Positions 37,213 to 46,374 of a stretch of 64,000 nucleotides of DNA are shown here, one piece after another. Below the pieces are notes generated by a model that had not been told where the DNA came from, made no database searches, and saw nothing but the letters and a program-made list of their open reading frames with translations. Location: NCBI GenBank assembly GCA_965220855.1, contig CBDCQY010000001.1:2522120-2586119 (forward strand), read 5' to 3'. The stretch comes from Alphaproteobacteria bacterium. GTDB lineage: Bacteria > Pseudomonadota > Alphaproteobacteria > Bin95. The first letter of the stretch is position 1. Each line of letters starts with the position of its first letter. The translations under genes and the position numbers were made by a program.

Positions 37213-37708
37213 CGGCACTCTCGCGGATGACGGTCGCGACAGGAGCCTAGAGCATCGGCGCGGCAAGCCCAATCGCCTCGCGGGCGCGGTGCTGGCGCTC
37301 TCCCTGCTGCTGCTGGCGCCCGGCCTCGCGCTGCCGGCGATCGCGATCGAGCGCTTCTGGTTCGGGACCGACTATTCGATTCTGGGCGCGGTGGCGGCGC
37401 TCGCCTCGGACGGCGACTGGTTTCTCGCCGGCGTCATCGGCGTCTTCTCGGTGGCGCTGCCGGTGGCGAAGCTGGCGATCGGCTTCCTCGTCTGGCGGCG
37501 CGGGCGAGCGAGCCGGCGCCTCGCGCGGGTGCTCGGCGCGGCCTCCCGCTACGCCATGCTGGATGTCTTCATCGTCGCGCTCACCGTGCTGGCGCTCGAC
37601 GGCCGGCTGATGACCGCCGCCAGCGCCGGCCCCGGCATCGTCTGCTTCGCGGTCTCGATGCTGCTCTCCGCCTGGGCCGTCTCGCGGCTCGGTCAGCCGG
37701 GGCGCTGA
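37193..37708 (+). CDS. Paraquat-inducible protein A (PqiA) family membrane protein; start uncertain
   Basis: YSILG; FSVALPVAKL; RYAMLDVFIVA motif. Confidence 0.7.
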   Translation: MQDFRSIGTLADDGRDRSLEHRRGKPNRLAGAVLALSLLLLAPGLALPAIAIERFWFGTDYSILGAVAALASDGDWFLAGVIGVFSVALPVAKLAIGFLVWRRGRASRRLARVLGAASRYAMLDVFIVALTVLALDGRLMTAASAGPGIVCFAVSMLLSAWAVSRLGQPGR

Positions 37709-38430
37709 AGCGCGAGCGCGGCCAGGCGCCGCTCGGCCAGCTCGGCGCGCATCCGCAGCAGCACCAGCGCGATCCACAGCGCCATGAAGGCCAGATACAT
37801 CGCCAGCAGCGGGCGCAGCATCGCCGGGTCGATGGCCGGCGCGCCGAGGCGGCTGACGCTCGCCGGCTGATGCAGCGTGTTCCACCAATCGACCGAGAAT
37901 TTCACGATCGGCAGGTTGACCGCGCCGACCAGCGCCAGCACCGCCGCCGCCCGCCCGGCCCGGCGCGGATCGTCGAAGGCGCGCCAGAGCGCCATATAGC
38001 CGACATAGAGGAACAGCAGCACCAGAACGGACGTCAGCCGCGCGTCCCACACCCACCAGGTTCCCCAGCTCGGCAGGCCCCAGAGCGCGCCGGTCGCCAG
38101 CGCCAGCAGGGTGAAGCCCGCCCCCGGCGCGGCGGTGGCCTTCGCGGCGATCTCGGCCAGCGGATGCCGCCAGACCAACGCGGCCGCGCTCGCGAGCGCC
38201 ATGGCGGCATAGGCGGTCAGCGCCATCCAGGCCGAGGGCACATGCACATACATGATGCGCACGGCGTCCTTCTGCTGATAGTCGATGGGCGACGCCGCCA
38301 GCGCCAGCCAGAGGCCGACCGCGAAGGCGGCTGCGGCCACGCCCGCCGTCCAGGGCAGGATGCGCCGGGCGAGGCGGCGGAAGCGCGCCGGATTGGCGAG
38401 GCGATGCAGGCTCGGGGCCAAGGCGGTCAC
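37693..38430 (-). CDS. ccmC: Heme exporter CcmC
   Basis: YVHVPSAW; WGLPSWGTWWVWDARLTS; WWNTLHQ. Confidence 0.95.
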   Translation of the reverse strand: MTALAPSLHRLANPARFRRLARRILPWTAGVAAAAFAVGLWLALAASPIDYQQKDAVRIMYVHVPSAWMALTAYAAMALASAAALVWRHPLAEIAAKATAAPGAGFTLLALATGALWGLPSWGTWWVWDARLTSVLVLLFLYVGYMALWRAFDDPRRAGRAAAVLALVGAVNLPIVKFSVDWWNTLHQPASVSRLGAPAIDPAMLRPLLAMYLAFMALWIALVLLRMRAELAERRLAALALQRPG

Positions 38431-39077
38431 TGCTCCACGGCTTGACGAAGGGCGGCGGTGGCGGCGGCCGGAGCCAGCGCCAGCGAGGCCAGCGAGACGG
38501 CGCCCAGCAGCGCCAGCGCGCCCTCCCGGCCCTCGGCCGCGCCGACGCCGAAGATGAGCGTCGGGATATAGAGCGGCAAGACCAGAATCGCCGTCAAGAC
38601 CCCGCCGCGCCGCGCGCCCACGGTGAGCGCCGCGCCGACCGCGCCCACCAGGGTGAGCGCCGGCGCGCCGACCAGGAAGGAGAGCGCGAGCGCGCCGAGG
38701 CGCTCGTCCGGCAGGGCCAGCATCGCGCCCAGCAGCGGCGCGGCAAGCGTCATCGGCAGCCCGGTGGTGAGCCAGTGCGCGGCGCATTTGGCCAGCACCG
38801 CCGCCAGCAGCGGATCGGGGCCGGCCGCCAGCAGGTCGAGCGAGCCGTCCTCCCAGTCGGCCTGGAACAGGCGCTCCAGCGAAAGCAGCGCCGCCAGCAG
38901 CGCCATCGCCCAGAGCAGGCCCGCAGCGACCCCGGCCAGCACGCCCGGATCGGGGCCGAGGCCGAGCGGAAACAGCATGACGCCCAGGAGGAAGAACAGG
39001 AGCGCCAGACCGCTGGCGCCGCCCTGGCGGGCGGCCAGGGCGACATCGCGGCGAAGGACGGCGAGAAAGGCCCTCAC
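38427..39077 (-). CDS. ccmB: Heme exporter CcmB
   Basis: LSLERLFQADWEDGSLDLL; LPLYIPTLIFG. Confidence 0.93.
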   Translation of the reverse strand: MRAFLAVLRRDVALAARQGGASGLALLFFLLGVMLFPLGLGPDPGVLAGVAAGLLWAMALLAALLSLERLFQADWEDGSLDLLAAGPDPLLAAVLAKCAAHWLTTGLPMTLAAPLLGAMLALPDERLGALALSFLVGAPALTLVGAVGAALTVGARRGGVLTAILVLPLYIPTLIFGVGAAEGREGALALLGAVSLASLALAPAAATAALRQAVEQ

Positions 39078-39649
39078 GCGGGGCCGAGCCGGACCTGCCG
39101 GGCGGCGGGCGGCCCGAGCGGCGCATGGGCCGAGATCGCCGCCGCCCCGCCTCCTTCGAGATGCCGGGCGAGGCCCTGCTCGAAGCGCGCCGTCGCCTCC
39201 CGGTCGAGGCCGGTGACCGGCTCGTCCAGCAGCCAGAGCGGAGCTGGCGCGGCAAACAAGCGCGCCAGCGCCAGCCGGCGGCGCTGGCCGGCGGAGAGCA
39301 GCCGCGCCGGCAGGTCCGCCAGGCGGGCGAGGCCGACCGCCTCCAGCCCGGCCTCCGCCGAACCCCGGCCCGCCAGCCGCACCCAGAAGGCCAGATTCTC
39401 CCGCAGGCTGAGCGCCGCCTGCACCGCATCGCCATGGCCGAGATAGTGGAAGCGCGTCTCGCCGGCCCGGTCGAGCCGGCCGGCGGCCGGCGGCAGCAGC
39501 CCCGCCAGCACGCGCAAGAGGCTCGACTTGCCGGCGCCGTTGGAGCCCGTGATCAGCGCCAGTTCGCCCGGCCGGAGCGCCAGATCGAGAGCGTCGAACA
39601 CCAGCCGCCCGCCGCGCCGGCAGGCCAGGCCCCGGGCCTCCAGCATCAA
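39074..39649 (-). CDS. ccmA: Heme ABC exporter ATP-binding protein CcmA
   Basis: GSNGAGKS; YLGH; LSAGQRRR; LWLLDEP. Confidence 0.93.
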   Translation of the reverse strand: MMLEARGLACRRGGRLVFDALDLALRPGELALITGSNGAGKSSLLRVLAGLLPPAAGRLDRAGETRFHYLGHGDAVQAALSLRENLAFWVRLAGRGSAEAGLEAVGLARLADLPARLLSAGQRRRLALARLFAAPAPLWLLDEPVTGLDREATARFEQGLARHLEGGGAAAISAHAPLGPPAARQVRLGPA

Positions 39650-41208
39650 GCGCCGATCACGACGGCGGCGGTCGGCGAGTGCACATGCGCCGCCGCCGCA
39701 TTGCCCCGCATCACGATTTGCGGATTGGCGAACAGCTTCTGCCCGACGGCGCTCTCCGTCACCTCCACGTCGAAGCGCCCGGCGAGCGCGGCGCGGATCT
39801 CGGGCGCGAGCTCGCGGTCCACCGCCAGCCGCGCCCCGCCGCTCGCGTCGATGCGCGGGCGGTGGACGGCGTCGTCCAGCTCGAGGCCGAAATCGAGCAG
39901 CATGGAGGTCAGCTGGAACACCGCCGGCAGGATGCGCCGCCCGCCCGAGGCGCCGAGCGCGAACCGCCCGGCGCCGTCCGGCCCGGTGACCACCGCCGGC
40001 GCCATATTGGTGAGCGGCTTGACGCCGGCCTTGAGCGAGTTCGGCCGGCCGGGGCGCGGATCGAACCAGAACATGCCGTTATTCATCAGAATGCCGGTCT
40101 CCGGCGCCATGTAGCGCGAGCCGAAGCGCTCCAGCAGCGTGTTGGTGAGCGAGACCATGTTGCCGGCCGCGTCGATGACCGAGAGATGGGTGGTGCAGCC
40201 GCGCCCGGTGGCGTCGCCGTCATGGCCCATATGCTCCAGCCGGTCGGCATAGGCCTCCGAAAGCGCTCCGGCCCAGGCGAGATAGGCCTCCGGCCCGAGG
40301 CCGGCGCTGCGGTCCAGCCCGGCGTCGAGCGTCGCCAGCGCGCGCGCGAAGGTCGGCCCGGCGTTCAGGCCCGGCATCAGCCGCACCACGCCATCATGAT
40401 GCGGTATGGCGAGCGGCTCGACCTCGAATGCCTCGTAAGCGCCGAGGTCGGCGAGCGAGAGCGCGCCGCCGGCCGCCTCGATGTCGGAGATGAGCCGCCG
40501 CGCGATCTCGCCTTCGTAGAAGTCTCGCGGCCCCGCCTCGGCGAGGCGGCGCAGCGTCTCCGGCAGGCGGCCGAGCGGGCGGCGCAGCGGGGCGTGCGGC
40601 GTCTGCGAGACCAGCGGCGCGCCCGAGGGCAGATAGGTCTCGCGCGCCGCCTCGTAGCGCCCGAGGCCGGCGCTCATGCCGAAGGCGATCTGCAGGGTCG
40701 CGTACCAGCCGGCGGCCAGCCCGCGCTCGGCCGTTTCGATCGCCGGCGCCAGCGCCTCGGCCCAGGAGCGCGTCCCGTAGCGCTCGAGCGCCATCGCGAA
40801 GCCCGCGACCGCGCCCGGCGTCGCCACCGACTCCGGCCCGATCATGTTGCGGTCGTCCACCACGCGCGGCCAGGCGAAGAGCGCGTCCTCCGGCTCGGCC
40901 TCGCCGCTCAGCGCATAGCGGGCGGGGTCGAGCGCGCCGGGCGCGGTCATGGAATAGTCGATGCCGGTGGTGCGGCGCTCGTCGGCCAGATGGATCAGCA
41001 TCACGCCGCCGCCGCCGATACCGCTCATCCAGGGTTCGGTGGTGGCGAGGCAGAGCGCGGTGACCACGGCGGCATCGACGGCGTTGCCGCCGCGGGCGAG
41101 CACGGCCGCGCCCTGCTCGGCCGCCTCGCGCTCCTGCGCGGCCACCAGCCCGTGCGCGGAATGGATGACGGGCTTCCTCAGGCTCCAGCTTTCGGCGCGG
41201 TAGGTCAT
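39646..41208 (-). CDS. ggt: Gamma-glutamyltransferase family protein
   Basis: GGNAVDAAV; SGIGGG; TTHLS nucleophile; GASGGRRI. Confidence 0.9.
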   Translation of the reverse strand: MTYRAESWSLRKPVIHSAHGLVAAQEREAAEQGAAVLARGGNAVDAAVVTALCLATTEPWMSGIGGGGVMLIHLADERRTTGIDYSMTAPGALDPARYALSGEAEPEDALFAWPRVVDDRNMIGPESVATPGAVAGFAMALERYGTRSWAEALAPAIETAERGLAAGWYATLQIAFGMSAGLGRYEAARETYLPSGAPLVSQTPHAPLRRPLGRLPETLRRLAEAGPRDFYEGEIARRLISDIEAAGGALSLADLGAYEAFEVEPLAIPHHDGVVRLMPGLNAGPTFARALATLDAGLDRSAGLGPEAYLAWAGALSEAYADRLEHMGHDGDATGRGCTTHLSVIDAAGNMVSLTNTLLERFGSRYMAPETGILMNNGMFWFDPRPGRPNSLKAGVKPLTNMAPAVVTGPDGAGRFALGASGGRRILPAVFQLTSMLLDFGLELDDAVHRPRIDASGGARLAVDRELAPEIRAALAGRFDVEVTESAVGQKLFANPQIVMRGNAAAAHVHSPTAAVVIGA

Positions 41209-41236
41209 CGGCTTTGCGTCTCTCCTCGAAGGGGCG

Positions 41237-42106
41237 TCAGGCGGCGGGCAGAATGGCCCCGCCGGTAATGGTGGTGCGCAGGAAACGGCGCAATTCGTGG
41301 CGCGGATAGTCGAGCCGCCCGCAATGCATCACGCCGCCGCGATTGTCCCACATCAGCGTGTCGCCGACCGACCATTCATGCTCCCAGCGAAACTCCGGCC
41401 GGTCGAGCGCATCGTAAAGTTCGTTCAGCAATTCGTCGCTCTCCGCCTCCTCCATGCCGACAATGCCTGCCGTCAGCAGCGGATTGGCGTAGATGGCGGC
41501 GCGGCCGCTCTCCGCGTGCGCATTGACGACCGGATGCACGGCGCGCTGCTCGCGGTCGAGCGTGCGCGCCGCCACGGTCAGGCTGCGGTTGCGCTGGCGG
41601 GTTCCATAGACGAACAGCGCCTCGCGGCCGAGCGCGCGCCGGCGGGTGGCTTCGGGCAGCGATTCCCACGCGGCGGCGGCGTTGCAGAAGCAGGTGTTGC
41701 CGCCCGAGGAGGGGGTATCGGTGGCGTGCAGCAGGGTCGCCTTGGCGGGCTTCGGATCGTAGGAGAGGTCCGAATGCCAGCCCTGGCGCACATCCTCGAT
41801 CGCGCCGCGCCGGGCGCCGGTCTCGTCGAAGCCGCCATCGGCGCGCCGGTTGGTCATCACCACCACTTCCGGGACCTCCGGGTGGCGATAGGCGCGCTGC
41901 ACATGCGGCTGCAGGGCGCCGAAATGGCGCGAGAAGGCGGTGAGCTCGCCGGGCGTCATCGGCGCCGCGCGAAACAGCAGCACGCCATGGGCGAGAAACG
42001 CCGCCTCGATTTCCGCCGCCGCGCCGGCGTCCAGCGGCCGGCGGGGGTCCACGCCCCGCACCTCCGCCCCGAGCGCCGGCGAGAGCGGCTCGATCCGCAC
42101 GCTCAT
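41237..42106 (-). CDS. TauD/TfdA family dioxygenase
   Basis: WHSD; WDNRGGVMH. Confidence 0.9.
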   Translation of the reverse strand: MSVRIEPLSPALGAEVRGVDPRRPLDAGAAAEIEAAFLAHGVLLFRAAPMTPGELTAFSRHFGALQPHVQRAYRHPEVPEVVVMTNRRADGGFDETGARRGAIEDVRQGWHSDLSYDPKPAKATLLHATDTPSSGGNTCFCNAAAAWESLPEATRRRALGREALFVYGTRQRNRSLTVAARTLDREQRAVHPVVNAHAESGRAAIYANPLLTAGIVGMEEAESDELLNELYDALDRPEFRWEHEWSVGDTLMWDNRGGVMHCGRLDYPRHELRRFLRTTITGGAILPAA

Positions 42107-42951
42107 GCCGGTTTCGGGCCCTTGAGCAGGATGCGCTGATGACGGCGCCCCTCGCCGACGGGAAAGTCGGTGTTGACCGAATGCACCAGGCAGCGATTGT
42201 CCCAGAGCAGGATGTCGCCGAGCCGCCAGCTGTGGTCGTAGCGGAAGCGGTCTGCGGTCATATGGTCGTAGAGCTCATCCAGCAGCCGGTCGCTTTCGGC
42301 CCGCTCCATGCCCAGCACGCGGTCGGTGCGGTTGGGGTTGAAATAGATCGCCGGCCGGCCGGTGTCCTCATGCCGTCGCACCAGCGGATGGACCACATCC
42401 GGGGTCTCGGAGGCCTCCTCGGCGGTGCGCGCCTCGGCCCGGCCGGGGGCGCGCGGCGTGTCGTAGCCATGCACGGCGCGGGCGCCGTCGATGCGCGCGC
42501 GCATGGCCTCCGGCAGCGCCTCCCAGGCCCGGCGCGTGTTGCAGAAGCGGGTCTCGCCGCCGGAAGACGGCAGGGCCAGCGCCTGGAGCATGGTGGCCTT
42601 GGCGGGCCGGGCGAAATAGCTGTCGTCGGTGTGCCAGCCGGAGAGCCGCACCAGGGCGAGGTCGTCGGGCTTGTCCTCGGCGCGCTTGTAGGTGCTCTCC
42701 AGCATGGAGACTTCCGGGACCTCGTCATGGCGGCGCTGACGGATCAGCTGCAATTGCGGCTCGCCGAAGAGGCGCGCGACGCGCAGGAAGTCCGCCGCCG
42801 CCAGCGGTCGCGAGCGGAAGCAGAGCAGATGGTGGGCGAGAAAGGCCTCGCGCACCGCGGCCGCCTCGTCTTCGGCCAGCGGTCGGGCGAGGTCGAGGCC
42901 GGCGACCTCCGCGCCGAGGGCCTCGCTCAAGGGGCGTATCGCAAGCGTCAT
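42103..42951 (-). CDS. TauD/TfdA family dioxygenase
   Basis: WHTD; WDNRCLVH. Confidence 0.9.
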   Translation of the reverse strand: MTLAIRPLSEALGAEVAGLDLARPLAEDEAAAVREAFLAHHLLCFRSRPLAAADFLRVARLFGEPQLQLIRQRRHDEVPEVSMLESTYKRAEDKPDDLALVRLSGWHTDDSYFARPAKATMLQALALPSSGGETRFCNTRRAWEALPEAMRARIDGARAVHGYDTPRAPGRAEARTAEEASETPDVVHPLVRRHEDTGRPAIYFNPNRTDRVLGMERAESDRLLDELYDHMTADRFRYDHSWRLGDILLWDNRCLVHSVNTDFPVGEGRRHQRILLKGPKPA

Positions 42952-42981
42952 GGCGTCCGCACTCCCGTTCGTTGCGGCGGC

Positions 42982-43479
42982 TTACGCTCCCTGCGGCGGC
43001 TTCAGGCGCAGCAGAAAGCGCATCTCGCCTTCCAGCACCAGCTCTTCCTTCTGGTTCCACACCCGGCTGGCGACCGTCATCACGCCGGTGGTGCGCTGCG
43101 GCGTGAGCGCGGTGATCTCCAGTTCGGGATAGAGCGTGTCGCCGGCGAAGACGGGCTTCAGGAAGCGGCTCGACTGTTCGAGGAAGCCGAGCAGCGCGTC
43201 TTCCATCTGGGCGGCCAGCCCGGTGGCGCCGGGCGCGGTCTGGATCAGCGTCTGGAAGCCGTGGGCCAGCAGCCCCGGCCAGCCGCGCGCGCGGCAGAAC
43301 TCGACATCGTAATGCACCGGCGCATTGTCGCCGCTGGCGAGCTGGAAGGCGTAGAACAGCGATTCGCTATGGGTGCGCGAGGGCGCATGAAACACCTCGC
43401 CGACGCGAAAATCCTCGAAGCCGCGCTGCGGCGGCTGCGGGTGTGGGGGCATGGGCTCTCCTCCGGCGGACACGCCCAT
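42982..43479 (-). CDS. MaoC family dehydratase
   Basis: FEDFRVGE; SGDNAPVHYD; AHG; FLKPVFAGDTL. Confidence 0.88.
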   Translation of the reverse strand: MGVSAGGEPMPPHPQPPQRGFEDFRVGEVFHAPSRTHSESLFYAFQLASGDNAPVHYDVEFCRARGWPGLLAHGFQTLIQTAPGATGLAAQMEDALLGFLEQSSRFLKPVFAGDTLYPELEITALTPQRTTGVMTVASRVWNQKEELVLEGEMRFLLRLKPPQGA

Positions 43480-43518
43480 GCTGCCACGCCCCGCCCCCCG
43501 GCGGAAGGGCCAGTTTTG

Positions 43519-43983
43519 TCAAACGGCTACCCCGGCCTCGGCGCGGCGTATGAGATTGAGCACCGCTTCCGCGCCGGCGGAGCTGGAGCGCGCCAGATCG
43601 AATGGCGTCTCGCCCGCCAGCAGCGGGTGCGGGCGATTCAGGAACGCGTCGATGGCATGGCGGTCTCCGCGATACGCGCGGCCCAGCGCATCCACCACCC
43701 GCCCCATTTCATAGAGCCGTTCGCTCAGTTCGCGGGAAAGAGCCTTGCCGGCATTGCGGGAGCGCCGGAATGTGGCTTCGGGAATCACCGGCCCGATGAC
43801 GCGGTTTCTGCCCAGCGCCTCGCCCAGCGCCACCGCCGCGCCTGCGCCGAGACCGCCCGAGATGCGCCTCGCCAGTTGCACATCGTCATGGACGGCCGGG
43901 CTGTCGATCGCCAGAAGTCTGGCGATGCGCCCGGCCTCGCTGACGGGCAAGGCCGCCGGATCGGCATAGGCCCGGACATCCAC
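43519..43983 (-). CDS. Antitoxin, Xre/MbcA/ParS family
   Basis: IPEATFRR..LSRELSERL; FLNRPHPLLAGETPFDLA..GAEAV C-terminal toxin-binding motif; start uncertain. Confidence 0.8.
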   Translation of the reverse strand: MDVRAYADPAALPVSEAGRIARLLAIDSPAVHDDVQLARRISGGLGAGAAVALGEALGRNRVIGPVIPEATFRRSRNAGKALSRELSERLYEMGRVVDALGRAYRGDRHAIDAFLNRPHPLLAGETPFDLARSSSAGAEAVLNLIRRAEAGVAV

Positions 43984-44108
43984 GGCAAGCGCGCTCCTTG
44001 TCGTCCGCCGGCATGGCGGCAAACCGGCGTTTGTGCGACGTTAGCACGGATTGGCGGAGGCCGGTCCGGCCGCCGCTCCTCGACCGCTATCGATGAGGAT
44101 AACAAGGC

Positions 44109-45242
44109 GTGGAACCCGGCTCCAATCTGCATCTCGTCGGCGCGCCGGATGCGCGCGGGCGGCTGAACACGCCGGCGCTGCTGCTGGACCTGGACGCGCT
44201 GGAGCGCAATCTGGCGCGCATGGCGGCGCATTGCCGGCGAACCGGCCAGGCGCTGCGCCCGCACGCCAAGACCCACAAGAGCGTCGAGATCGCGCGCCTG
44301 CAGGTCGCGGCCGGGGCCGTCGGGCAGTGCTGCGCCACGCTCGGCGAGGCGGAAGTGCTGGCCGGGGCCGGCGTTCCGGGCGTGCTGATCACCTCGCCGG
44401 TGGTGCGCGCCGGGCGGGTCGCCAGGCTGATGGCGCTCAACGAGAAGGCCGAGGGGCTGATGGTCGTCGCGGACGATCCGGGCGCGGTCGAGGCGCTGGC
44501 GGCGGCGGCGACCGGCAAGCCGCTCTCCGTGCTGGTCGATATCGATGTCGGCACGCGGCGCACCGGCGTGGTCTCGGCGCAGGCGGCGGCCGCGCTCGCG
44601 CGCCAGATCGCCGAGGCCCCGGGCCTGGTCTTCGCCGGCGTCCAGGGCTATGCCGGCCATCTCCAGCATGTGCAGGACCTGGACGAGCGCGCGGCGGCCG
44701 CGGCGGCGGTGTCGGCGCGCCTCGCCCATGTCGTCGCGGTGCTGACGGACGCCGGCGTCGCGCCGCCGCTGGTCACCGGCGGCGGCACCGGCACGCACGA
44801 TCTCGACCATCGCCATGGCGTGCTGGGCGAGCTGCAGGCGGGCAGCTATGCGGTGATGGATGTCGATTACGGCCGGGTGGCGCTCACCGCCGACGATCCC
44901 CGCCCGTTCGAGCCGGCGCTGTTCGTGCAGGCGAGCGTGGTGAGCGCGGCCGGCGACGAGTTCGCGATTATCGACGCCGGCCTGAAGGCGTTCGCGACCG
45001 ATGGGCCCGCGCCGCTGTTCGCGCGCGGCGCGCCCAGGGGCGCGCATTTCAGCTTCGCCGGCGACGAGCATGGCCGGGTGCACTATGCAGAGGACAACCC
45101 GGCCCGGCTGCGGGTCGGCGATGTGGTCGAGCTGCACCCGCCGCATTGCGACCCGACGGTCAATCTCTACGACTGCTATCACGCCATGCGCGGCGAGCGC
45201 CTGGAAGCCATCTGGCCGGTGGACGCCCGCGGCCGCCGCTGA
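44109..45242 (+). CDS. DSD1/D-threonine aldolase family PLP-dependent enzyme
   Basis: TPALLLD; RPHAKTHK; GGGTGT; ELQAGSY; DEHG; HCDPTVN. Confidence 0.88.
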   Translation: MEPGSNLHLVGAPDARGRLNTPALLLDLDALERNLARMAAHCRRTGQALRPHAKTHKSVEIARLQVAAGAVGQCCATLGEAEVLAGAGVPGVLITSPVVRAGRVARLMALNEKAEGLMVVADDPGAVEALAAAATGKPLSVLVDIDVGTRRTGVVSAQAAAALARQIAEAPGLVFAGVQGYAGHLQHVQDLDERAAAAAAVSARLAHVVAVLTDAGVAPPLVTGGGTGTHDLDHRHGVLGELQAGSYAVMDVDYGRVALTADDPRPFEPALFVQASVVSAAGDEFAIIDAGLKAFATDGPAPLFARGAPRGAHFSFAGDEHGRVHYAEDNPARLRVGDVVELHPPHCDPTVNLYDCYHAMRGERLEAIWPVDARGRR

Positions 45243-45300
45243 GGCCTGCGCTCCGTTTCCAGGAGGAGATCGCGGCGGCCTTGTAGGCTCAGGCCTCTAG

Positions 45301-45858
45301 CCCGCATTTCTCACGAGCGGTAGGTGCATCGGGGCTCTGCATGTGGGAAAATGCTTCTGTAACAAAATCTTACCCGGTTGCAGAGGAATTCCCCGATGCC
45401 TGCAGAGTGTATCCCGAAGCCGATGCGTTTTGCACGCCTGAAAGGGCGTGATCTGGTGGCCGATTTCCGGGGCGGCGCGCTGACCTCGGATGCCGGGGCG
45501 TTGCTTCTGGGCGCGGTGGAGGCGCATCATCGCCATGGCGCGCCGCTGGCGGGCAAATCGACCCTGAACCGGCTGGAGCACGCGCCGACGGGGCCGCATC
45601 GCTATCGCCGCATCGGCCACGACCCCGAGGCGATCGAGACGCTGTTGGTCGATCTTTTCCTGGAGGCCCACGCGCAGGCGCCGAAGCGGCTGGTGCTGGA
45701 CCTCGACGCCACCGACGACCCCTTGCACGAGCGCCAGGAGGGCCGCTTCTTCCATGGCTATTACGACTGCTACTGCTACCTGCCGCTCTACATCTTCTGC
45801 GGCGACCATCTGCTGGCGGCGAAGCTGCGGCGCGCCAACATCGACGCCAGCGCCGGCA
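45301..45858 (+). mobile_element. IS1380-family remnant: left end plus internally deleted, 3'-truncated transposase (ATG 45396)
   Basis: CTAG followed by CCCGCATTTCTCAC end; ADFRGGALTSDAG, APLAGKSTLNRLE and LDLDATDDPLH..QEGRFFHGYY motifs; homology stops at ANIDASAG. Confidence 0.85.
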
Positions 45859-46066
45859 GGTCCGCTCCGACACCCCAGTATCTCCGACGCCTCCAGCTGG
45901 CTCAGCACACCACGCCGGCTGCGACCGTAAACCTCCTCGAACTTCATCAGCCTCAGTCCCTGTGCCTGCTCCGTCCGACGCATCCAAACCCCCTATGGCC
46001 TGGAAGACTTCTAAAACCGGACAGATCATCTGGTACATCCGCCGGACATATCCCGTGTTACCGACA
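45859..46066 (-). mobile_element. ISNCY/IS1202-like remnant: end starting TGT plus about 40 N-terminal transposase codons (from 45983)
   Basis: MRRTEQAQGLRLMKFEEVY..LSQLEASEILG HTH start; terminal TGTCGGTAACAC with a repeated TGTCCGG subunit. Confidence 0.65.
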
Positions 46067-46345
46067 GAAGCGGGACAGCGGGATGACGTCGGCCTGATGG
46101 GCGGTTACAGTCATTCGGGTCGAATAGCCTGCACCCTGCGAGAGAGCCTTGCCCGATTGTAAACGCTTATGCCGGCATCCAATGATGGCGGCGCCCGACA
46201 GCGGTGCGATCATCGCATCGACCGCAGGGACATTTGGCTGCATTTTTCACCGCTGGCCGCGCGCGGATGCGCCTGGGTTCGCCCAAATTCGCTTGCGGTA
46301 TGCTCACGCCAATTCTGGCTGCCTTGGGAACACGAAACCACTTTT

Positions 46346-46371
46346 AGATTATTCTTCAATGAAAATAATCT
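46346..46371. promoter_or_regulatory. AT-rich palindromic operator-like site
   Basis: AGATTATT-C-TTCA-A-TGAA-AATAATCT, 3 nt before the hydantoinase A ATG. Confidence 0.6.
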
Positions 46372-46374
46372 GTT

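Noticed and set aside
46067-46340. Short ORFs between the IS remnant and hydantoinase A
   Set aside because: No recognisable motif, RBS or typical codon bias; treated as non-coding or decayed
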